A stretch of 62,685 nt of DNA, taken from a bacterium. Its GTDB lineage: Bacteria; Patescibacteriota; Microgenomatia; JAADGY01. The notes under the pieces are model-generated. The model searched no databases, was not told the origin of the DNA, and saw only the letters and a list, made by a program, of their open reading frames with translations. Position 1 is the stretch's first letter; the number at the start of each line of letters is the position of its first letter. Made by a program: the position numbers and the translations under genes. The DNA lies in NCBI GenBank assembly GCA_027028625.1, contig JALVIH010000036.1, forward strand, positions 1-62,685, read 5' to 3'. Below, piece by piece: positions 56,010 through 62,685 of the stretch.

Positions 56010-56381
56010 ATAGTATATTATATATAAATTGTCAAAAGGGAGTCATTCTCAGAAACCAGAGCGACGAAGGATCTAGCAAAACGCAAAGATTTTGAATCCT
56101 ACACCTAGGAATACACTCATGCGCCTCCGGCTAGATTCTTCCCCTCCGCTTCGGGGGGTCAGAATGACACAAAAGACAAAGTTTTGGAGCTAATAGCAAA
56201 AATGTGTTGATTTTTTGCTATTAGCTCAAGTTTTGGATTTTGGTATTTGTGTTTTGGTGCTTTCTTACTGAGTTCCAAGTTCCGAGTTCCAAGTGCTGTT
56301 TTATTTGAAAATTGGTCATTGATAATTGGTCATTTTTACTGAGTTCTATTTCCCCCAGTGTTGTAAAATTAGGTATTGCTA
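56010..56381. repeat. mosaic palindromic intergenic cassette J
   Basis: An arm-core-arm hairpin at 56052-56168, a hairpin gctaatagcaaaaa...tttttgctattagc at 56189-56226, and heptamers at 56269-56296. Confidence 0.9.
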
Positions 56382-56466
56382 GCCGCGGTGGCGGAACTGG
56401 TAGACGCGCACGCTTGAGGTGCGTGTGAGGAAACTCGTGTGGGTTCAACTCCCACCCGCGGCACCA
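56382..56466 (+). tRNA. tRNA-Leu (anticodon GAG), CCA encoded
   Basis: Acceptor GCCGCGG/CCGCGGC, anticodon stem CACGC/GCGTG with loop TTGAGGT, a long variable arm, T-arm GTGGG TTCAACT CCCAC, and a terminal ACCA. Confidence 0.9.
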
Positions 56467-56479
56467 AAAAGAGGAAGGT

Positions 56480-57154
56480 ATGCTAACTAAATTACTAGGA
56501 ATAAAAGAGTTTAAATTCCCCTACTCTGACTTTGATTTCCCTGGCAAACACAGTCAGGAGAAAGTTCTCTTTGTTACTCGAGAATCAGAAAAAATCCTCT
56601 TCATCCGCCTCTTCTTAGTTTTCCTCGCCACTTTATTTTTCTTTCTCTCTCTTCTTTTTAGCCTAAAAGTAGTCCAAACATTCATCTTTATTTCTCCCTC
56701 ACTTCTCCGATCTATAATCTTCTACTCAATAGTAATCACCCTTACCTTCTTCTTATTAGCGGTATGGTGGTTTATCACTTTATGGGAAAAGTCAGTTTTT
56801 ATCGTCACCAATCGACGCCTGACCAAGATTATCTACACTAGTCCTTGGAATAAATACCATCTCTCCCTTAATTTGGATAAAATCGTTGATGGAGGAGCTT
56901 ACCAAAAAGGTTTCCTCCAACCCCTCCTTGGCCTAGGTTACTTCGTGGCCCGTTCCTCAGCCGGCAACATCAAAAACTTTAAGATCGTCAACATTGATTT
57001 TGCCGAAGACCTACATAACTACTTAACCAAACTTCTTTATACCTTCAACACCCATAAACAACAATTAGAAAATTTCCGCCCCTTTATTCCTTATATGAAA
57101 GGAGAGGAACGGCGGAGATTCGCCCCAGAGTATTACCAAGAAGAGAATAATTAA
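56480..57154 (+). CDS. membrane protein with bacterial PH-like (YdbS/YdbT-type) domain
   Basis: Two TM segments followed by VFIVTNRRLTKIIY..., a pattern typical of bPH_2 proteins. Confidence 0.45.
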   Translation: MLTKLLGIKEFKFPYSDFDFPGKHSQEKVLFVTRESEKILFIRLFLVFLATLFFFLSLLFSLKVVQTFIFISPSLLRSIIFYSIVITLTFFLLAVWWFITLWEKSVFIVTNRRLTKIIYTSPWNKYHLSLNLDKIVDGGAYQKGFLQPLLGLGYFVARSSAGNIKNFKIVNIDFAEDLHNYLTKLLYTFNTHKQQLENFRPFIPYMKGEERRRFAPEYYQEENN

Positions 57155-58317
57155 CTCTTACTAGCCTCTAAACGGACAGTTACTGTTTTAGTTTGGCCAT
57201 CCCGCCACAGCTCTACTTTTATTTCTTGGCCAACTTTCTTGTGTTGAATTATTCGGACCAAACCACCATTTTTCTCCCGCACCGGCTGGCCATCAACTTT
57301 GGTAATGATATCACCCTTCTCAATGCCTGCTTTGGCAGCTGGCGAGTCCTCCAAAACATCCACCACATAAGCCCCTTCCGGCACCTCGTTGAGGATAGCC
57401 AACCGTTGGCTAATCATTTTGTACCTCACTCCTAGATAAGGCCGGTTAAACTTGCCGGTTGTCTCGAAGGTTTTTAGCACCTCTTTAACAGTATTGATAG
57501 GAATAGCAAAACCAATATTCTGCGCCCCCGCAGCCATAGCCACATTGACTCCAATAACTTGGCCAGCTGAGTTTAAGAGAGGACCACCAGAGTTGCCTGG
57601 ATTAATGGCGGCATCGGTCTGAATAACATTATCAAGCTTCTCAGCAAATTCTCCCATACCATCTCCAGCCACAATTCCCCGACCTAAACCAGAAATAACC
57701 CCAACCGTAACTGTGTTCTTAAACTGGCCCAGAGCCGTCCCGATAGCAATAGCCATCTGACCAAGCTTCAACTTATCCGAATCACCTAACTCCAACGGCT
57801 TAAGGTTAGTGGCATTAATCTTTAAAATAGCCAAATCAAAGAGAGGATCCCGATATATTTTTTCTACTTTGTACTCCTTGTTATCGTTAGTAATCACCTT
57901 GTAACTAGCTTGAGTATCGGAAACCACATGCTTATTGGTGATAATTAAGCCATCTTTAGAGACAATAAAACCAGAACCAATATTTTGTTCGACTTTCTTC
58001 TTTTTAATTGAAGGAGGAGCTAAATTAAAGGGATCAAATAAATCCTCAAAGGGGTCAAAAACGATTGTTGTTTTTTTAATGCCTACGGTGACTACTGAAG
58101 GGGTGGTTTTGGCCACTACATCAGTAATAACCGACTCTTGATAAACCACTCTCTCATTTTCAACTATCTTTTTAGAAGTATTTTGACTCCTTAACCAACT
58201 AACATTCCAATGAAGTTTGTTTCCAATTTTACTTAGAAGCTGATTTTGGCTAGCCCCACCTGCAAAGGCAGCCACAATTACTAAGAGCAGTGCTAAAAAC
58301 CAAAATATTTTCTTCAT
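57151..58317 (-). CDS. htrA: HtrA/DegP-family serine protease with PDZ domain
   Basis: Catalytic [15 protein letters not shown] (His) and DLAILK (Asp), plus a C-terminal PDZ domain. Confidence 0.92.
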   Translation of the reverse strand: MKKIFWFLALLLVIVAAFAGGASQNQLLSKIGNKLHWNVSWLRSQNTSKKIVENERVVYQESVITDVVAKTTPSVVTVGIKKTTIVFDPFEDLFDPFNLAPPSIKKKKVEQNIGSGFIVSKDGLIITNKHVVSDTQASYKVITNDNKEYKVEKIYRDPLFDLAILKINATNLKPLELGDSDKLKLGQMAIAIGTALGQFKNTVTVGVISGLGRGIVAGDGMGEFAEKLDNVIQTDAAINPGNSGGPLLNSAGQVIGVNVAMAAGAQNIGFAIPINTVKEVLKTFETTGKFNRPYLGVRYKMISQRLAILNEVPEGAYVVDVLEDSPAAKAGIEKGDIITKVDGQPVREKNGGLVRIIQHKKVGQEIKVELWRDGQTKTVTVRLEASKS

Positions 58318-58721
58318 TTTATCTTTACCTCAAAATCAATCTTAACTTTTTCCTTCCCTATCTTTATCTCTACTGTATACTTCCCGACCTTCTTAATCGG
58401 TTGTTTTAGTTTAATATCTTTTTTATCAACTTGCAACTTGTCAGCTAAAACCTTCGCCGTAAGAGCCTTAAATAACTTGCCGCTCTCCTTATTTCCATCC
58501 AATTTAAAAGTTACTCTTTCCTTTTTTAATCTCTCAATTATCTTCTTAGCTTCTTTTTCTTTCTTTTCTTCTTCAGTTTGCCTCTCTGCTTTTAACTTTT
58601 CCAACTTCCTAAGGTTCGCTGGCGTGGCCGCTACTGCTAAACCTCGTGGAAAAAGATAGTTAAAAGCATAACCAGATTTAACCTCCTTTACCTGACCACT
58701 ATCTTTGATTATTACCTTCAT
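58314..58721 (-). CDS. rplI: 50S ribosomal protein L9
   Basis: [30 protein letters not shown]. Confidence 0.9.
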   Translation of the reverse strand: MKVIIKDSGQVKEVKSGYAFNYLFPRGLAVAATPANLRKLEKLKAERQTEEEKKEKEAKKIIERLKKERVTFKLDGNKESGKLFKALTAKVLADKLQVDKKDIKLKQPIKKVGKYTVEIKIGKEKVKIDFEVKIK

Positions 58722-59985
58722 AGAACTCTTTCAAGTAATGAGAGTAATTTAATAAAACTTTTTCAGCTTTTTCTAGATAAAGCTCTTCTATTTGATTATA
58801 ATCTTTCCCTTTCATCTCTTCTTCTTTTACCTCTATCTGTGGTTTTATCCCTCGATTATGAACCCACTCTCCAGTCGGCGTCAACCATTTAGCGATGGTA
58901 ATATGAAGACCAGCTCCTCCAGCCAAGTCCTTAACTTCTTGAATAGTTCCCTTACCAAAAGTTGTTTGGCCAACAATAATAGCTCGGTGGTGATCACGTA
59001 AAGCACCAGTAACAATTTCTGAGGCTGAAGCACTTCCTTTGTTTACTAAAACCACTAATGGTTGATTAATTAACCTACCCTGGCGATTGACCTTACTTAA
59101 CTGCCGACTACCATCCCGATTTTCTTCTATTACTATAGTTCCTTTATCGATGAACTCAGAGGCTATATAGATGGCACCATCAAGATAACCACCAGGGTTA
59201 TTTCTCAAATCTAAAATCACCCCTTTAAATTCTTGAGGATGTAACCTCTGATAATTAATTATCTTATCCACTGCCTGACGCCACTGGCCATCAGTTAAGT
59301 CACCAAATTTATAAAGGCTTAGATGGGCAAAACTACCCTCTGAGGTTTGAAGAATCTTCAACTCAACGGTGGGGACAGTAATGGTATCTCGAACAATTTT
59401 AATATTTAAAGGTTGAGAAACACCTTGACGAATTATAGTCAGAACAACTGGTGTTCCTTTAGGCCCGCGGATTTTTTTAACTGCTTCTGGCAAGGACATA
59501 TGGAGAGAATCTTGACCATCAATGGCAGCTATAACATCTCCTGCTTTTATTCCTGCTCTATAAGCTGGAGTATTAGGCAAAGGCGAAATAACGCTTAGTT
59601 TATTATCTCGATATCCAAGCTGAATCCCTACCCCTTCAAATTGTCCTTTCAAATTATCCTTACTCTCTTTGTTTTCTTGGGGGGGAAGGTAAGCGGTGTA
59701 AGGGTCCCCTAAAGAAGCCACCATTCCTTGAATCGCTCCTTGAACCATTTTTTTAGGTTGGACTTTATCTTGAAAGAGGAAATCACTTTTGATTAATCCC
59801 CAAACCTGCCAAAAACTCGACATATCCACCTTGTCCTGGTGGCATAGTTGGGAAACAGAGGTAATCTTATTTGTTTCTAGATTATATCTTTTCCAATTAA
59901 GGGATGGGTAATAGCTAGCCGCCCCGCTTCCAAGAACAAAGCCGATGAGTAAAAGAAGAATTATCTGTAGTTTTTTAAGCTTCAT
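58699..59985 (-). CDS. ctpA: carboxy-terminal processing protease (S41 family)
   Basis: A PDZ domain followed by [19 protein letters not shown] and FGKGTIQ motifs. Confidence 0.9.
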   Translation of the reverse strand: MKLKKLQIILLLLIGFVLGSGAASYYPSLNWKRYNLETNKITSVSQLCHQDKVDMSSFWQVWGLIKSDFLFQDKVQPKKMVQGAIQGMVASLGDPYTAYLPPQENKESKDNLKGQFEGVGIQLGYRDNKLSVISPLPNTPAYRAGIKAGDVIAAIDGQDSLHMSLPEAVKKIRGPKGTPVVLTIIRQGVSQPLNIKIVRDTITVPTVELKILQTSEGSFAHLSLYKFGDLTDGQWRQAVDKIINYQRLHPQEFKGVILDLRNNPGGYLDGAIYIASEFIDKGTIVIEENRDGSRQLSKVNRQGRLINQPLVVLVNKGSASASEIVTGALRDHHRAIIVGQTTFGKGTIQEVKDLAGGAGLHITIAKWLTPTGEWVHNRGIKPQIEVKEEEMKGKDYNQIEELYLEKAEKVLLNYSHYLKEFYEGNNQR

Positions 59986-60701
59986 TAAATAACCCCCAAT
60001 TTACTCTTGTTGATAATCAACCATTTATCCTCAAAATGAGGCAGATTTCCTTTTTTAATCTTCACCTCCCAGCCTAATCCAGAACAAAGGTTTTTTGGGA
60101 CTTTACTTGAGTTTAACACTACTCCAGTTGCTGATAAAGCCTTAATTAACAAACATACTTCTTGGCTTGGCTTATCAACTATTACCCCCCTACCCTCAAT
60201 TCTTAACCTATCCATTAACTCCACTTGCTCGGGATATGTTCCTTTGATGATTATATCCTCTTTATAAGGAGTTAACCACTCTATCTCTATTTCTTGCCAA
60301 CATTCGCTTCGACACCACAAACCTTCTTTTTCCTCCCTTTCAATCACTACTGGAAAGGGGAGCTGATAAGTTACCTTCTTCCCTTTTTGGGGCTGAATAA
60401 CTACTTCACCTTGACTTACTTCTTCAATAACACCGCTTAAGGGCATAACTAACTGGTAAGCATTTTTACTTAAAAAACGCCTCTTTTCCCAAATTACTTC
60501 TCCTTCGGTTAACTGGCGACCAATAAGAGGTTGAAAAATCTTTTTTACTTCCTGATAATTCAAATCTAATTCAGCCACCACATCCCAGATGAATTTCTCT
60601 CCTCCTATCTCTCCTATAGCAATTGGTTCATTAGGAGAAATCTTCTCCCCCTTTTTGGCCTTAAGTTCTAATTTGCCGGGGGTTGACCAAAAGAAGCGCA
60701 T
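59985..60701 (-). CDS. hypothetical protein (238 aa)
   Basis: ORF embedded in the rpsR-ctp-rplI operon. No motif recognised. Confidence 0.55.
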   Translation of the reverse strand: MRFFWSTPGKLELKAKKGEKISPNEPIAIGEIGGEKFIWDVVAELDLNYQEVKKIFQPLIGRQLTEGEVIWEKRRFLSKNAYQLVMPLSGVIEEVSQGEVVIQPQKGKKVTYQLPFPVVIEREEKEGLWCRSECWQEIEIEWLTPYKEDIIIKGTYPEQVELMDRLRIEGRGVIVDKPSQEVCLLIKALSATGVVLNSSKVPKNLCSGLGWEVKIKKGNLPHFEDKWLIINKSKLGVI

Positions 60702-60703
60702 AA

Positions 60704-60958
60704 CTATCTCATTCGGTAACTCTTCGGGTGGGTAAATGGTAAAAGAGCTAACATCCGAGCCCGTTTAATCTCTCGGCTAAGACGGCGCTGATGCTTAGCG
60801 CACACTCCAGTCAGGCTTCGGGGCAGAATCTTCCCTTGAAGGGAAATAAATTTTTTTAAAGTCTCCACATCTAAGTAGTAAGGTTCCTTCTTTTGACTAC
60901 AAAAGGGGCATTTTTTGAATCGCCGGTTCTTGGTTGTTTTACTCCTCTTTGGTTTCAT
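60704..60958 (-). CDS. rpsR: 30S ribosomal protein S18
   Basis: CPFC...[48 protein letters not shown]. Confidence 0.93.
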   Translation of the reverse strand: MKPKRSKTTKNRRFKKCPFCSQKKEPYYLDVETLKKFISLQGKILPRSLTGVCAKHQRRLSREIKRARMLALLPFTHPKSYRMR

Positions 60959-61487
60959 CTTTCTTCTCCTTTTCTTCTTCTTTTACCGTCTCACTTTTCC
61001 CTTTCTCCTCTTCCGCCGCCTCAAATGGCAGGTCATCATCAGGTAACTCAATAACATCCAATTCATCTTCTTGAGGCACATCTAAGGGCATATCTCCAGG
61101 AGCTGTAGAAGGAGATGATGGCTGAGAAGTAGAAACAGCTGCTTCATAAGGCTTTCCTCCAGCTAAAAGAATCATATCAGTAATAATAATTTCAGCAACA
61201 TCCCGCCGAACATTTTCAGCAGTTGTCCAACTTCGGTAATGAAGCCGACCTTCAACATAAACCTTACTCCCCTTGACTAAGAGTTGGGAACAGATCTCAG
61301 CTAACTTATCCCAAGCCACAATCCGATGGAACTCTGTCTCTTCCTTCTTAGTCCCATTGGTAGTCCAACGGCGGCTGGTAGCCACAGTAAAAGAAACAAC
61401 TGCTTTATTATTTGGGGTATACCGGAGTTCCGGATCCCGGGTTAAGTTACCTATTAATTGAATACGGTTAAGCGATCGAGACGCCAT
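60939..61487 (-). CDS. ssb: single-stranded DNA-binding protein with a C-terminal extension beyond the DDDLPF tip
   Basis: OB-fold [30 protein letters not shown]...[13 protein letters not shown] occupies residues 150-155 and is followed by 27 acidic/Lys residues. Confidence 0.9.
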   Translation of the reverse strand: MASRSLNRIQLIGNLTRDPELRYTPNNKAVVSFTVATSRRWTTNGTKKEETEFHRIVAWDKLAEICSQLLVKGSKVYVEGRLHYRSWTTAENVRRDVAEIIITDMILLAGGKPYEAAVSTSQPSSPSTAPGDMPLDVPQEDELDVIELPDDDLPFEAAEEEKGKSETVKEEEKEKKDETKEE

Positions 61488-61497
61488 ACTACCTCCT

Positions 61498-61779
61498 TTA
61501 ATCTTCCTTTGTTACTAACAAATGACGCAAATATCCCTTATTATTTAGATAAAAGAAACGGTTTATTTTAGCTGCTAAATCCATATCCTTCTTCGTCTGA
61601 AGGGAAAAGAAAGAATAATTAGCTTTTAGCTGCTTTTTTATTGGGTAAGCAAGAGACTTCACTCCTAATGACCGAGTTTCTTTTATCTCTACTTTTTCCT
61701 TAGCCAATTCTGTTTTTAATTGTTCAATTAACCCCTTGCTGTTGACGGTGGTTAAAACAACTAATTCATATTTTTTCAT
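61498..61779 (-). CDS. rpsF: 30S ribosomal protein S6
   Basis: MKKYELVVLT..., 93 aa, first gene of the rpsF-ssb-rpsR order. GGAGGA Shine-Dalgarno upstream. Confidence 0.88.
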   Translation of the reverse strand: MKKYELVVLTTVNSKGLIEQLKTELAKEKVEIKETRSLGVKSLAYPIKKQLKANYSFFSLQTKKDMDLAAKINRFFYLNNKGYLRHLLVTKED

Positions 61780-61832
61780 TCAATCCTCCAACTCACACAT
61801 AGAGAGTATATCATAGCCTAGCAAAATACTAC

Positions 61833-62483
61833 CTAAGCCAATCCAAAAAAGATAACTACTCCTAAACCAATTAACAAAATACTCCAGCTAAGCGTCGAGG
61901 TAAATAAGGATGATGGCCCTGTAACTGGCAAAGTTGGGGTCGCTGAGGCTGAACTAGTTGGCGAGGCTGAAGCAGTGCTTAAGCTAGATGTGGAGGAAGT
62001 AGTAATAGTATAAGTTCCGCCACTTACTGTTGCCAGAATGTCCTGATTATTTGAGGTAACATTAGAGTCATCTGTTGAACCCTGAGTAAAAACAAAAGTT
62101 ACCGGAGCTTGACCAGTTGCTAGAGCCTTAAAAGTAATAGTAGCTATCTTATCTACTCCCGTAAATGTTCCTGATGAAGTAGTTAAGTTAATATGTAAGG
62201 TCCCTTTAGGGCTGTCTTGAACCGAAACATTAGGAAAACTAGTGGTAGCTGTAGTTTTAATGTACTCTAACTTCGTAGTGGGATAGTTTAAAACAACATC
62301 AACACTTGAAACAGCTGCTCCATCAGTGTCTAGATTAACATCAACAGCTAAATTATCTCCTACTTCTACTGTTTTAGTTTTGGGTGACAAGGAAAGAGAA
62401 GCATCCGCAGCTAGAGCTGCCGAAGCAAAAGAAGTAAGAAATAAAAATACCAAGGCTAATCCAAAAACAAACTTTCTTTTCAT
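61833..62483 (-). CDS. secreted cohesin-domain surface protein with LPVTG sorting-like motif
   Basis: A signal peptide, a cohesin-like beta domain (LAVDVNLDTDGAAVSSVDVVLNYPTTKLEY...), a Ser/Thr linker, and LPVTG followed by a hydrophobic tail with no basic end. Confidence 0.6.
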   Translation of the reverse strand: MKRKFVFGLALVFLFLTSFASAALAADASLSLSPKTKTVEVGDNLAVDVNLDTDGAAVSSVDVVLNYPTTKLEYIKTTATTSFPNVSVQDSPKGTLHINLTTSSGTFTGVDKIATITFKALATGQAPVTFVFTQGSTDDSNVTSNNQDILATVSGGTYTITTSSTSSLSTASASPTSSASATPTLPVTGPSSLFTSTLSWSILLIGLGVVIFFGLA

Positions 62484-62685
62484 TCAACCACCTATTAGTT
62501 TTAATCTACCTTCTTTTAATAATATCGTCAAGACCCCCCCTTACTTAATTTTTAATTTGAAATTTGAAATTTTTAATTACCTAATTATCAAAGCTCGGAA
62601 CTCAGTCTCAGAACTTGGAACTCAGTTTATCTGGAACTAGGAACTAGGTAATCGGAACTTGGAACTTATAACTTAGCTTGTTAGG
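62484..62685. repeat. mosaic palindromic intergenic cassette K (cut by the window end)
   Basis: An A/T module aatttttaatttgaaatttgaaatttttaatt at 62545-62578 and GGAACT-type heptamers at 62593-62675. Confidence 0.85.

Overview
This is a 62.7-kb, gene-dense bacterial chromosome segment with about 70 CDS and 4 tRNAs. It uses the standard code: TGA terminates xerC and the yjjX-like gene. By inference the gene content fits a small-genome, Gram-positive-like, CPR/Patescibacteria-type organism. Supporting signs are a type IV pilus set (PilB/PilT/PilC plus pilin), archaeal-type ProRS and peroxiredoxin, an LPxTG-like cohesin surface protein, and many membrane-anchored orphan proteins. Housekeeping blocks include xseB-holB, gyrB-ppa-gyrA, xerC, fetAB, rluD-lspA-dksA-proS-dnaB, yebC, queA-lepB, prfA-rpmE, tdk-mpg and rpsF-ssb-rpsR...ctp-rplI-htrA.

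Four things stand out.

1. Intergenic spacing is bimodal. Genes overlap or lie less than 25 bp apart, except for 11 gaps that each hold a 0.2-0.57 kb mosaic palindromic repeat cassette. Together these cover about 4.9 kb, or about 8% of the window. The cassettes are built from shuffled hairpin modules and bounded by inverted tandem-heptamer arrays. I cannot assign them to any named repeat family.

2. A 7.6-kb island of orphan genes lies next to tRNA-Pro. It includes a MerR regulator divergent from an FtsK/HerA/TraG-like ATPase that is translationally coupled to a Cys/Ser/Asn-rich protein. About 1.9 kb of the coding strand there is almost free of G.

3. A promoter geometry recurs in which a -10 hexamer sits 5-7 nt before the ATG. 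This includes two 19-21 bp divergent gaps that share an ATTATACT core, and it predicts widespread leaderless mRNAs.

4. The pilin gene overlaps a Wzy_C/TPR O-antigen-ligase-like gene inside a putative glycan-modification cluster.

Smaller oddities are a T8 frameshift, an in-frame TGA in a TPR gene, an SSB with an internal DDDLPF tip, and a coupled Prx-FNR pair. All functional calls rest on motif recognition by eye; no database search was run.
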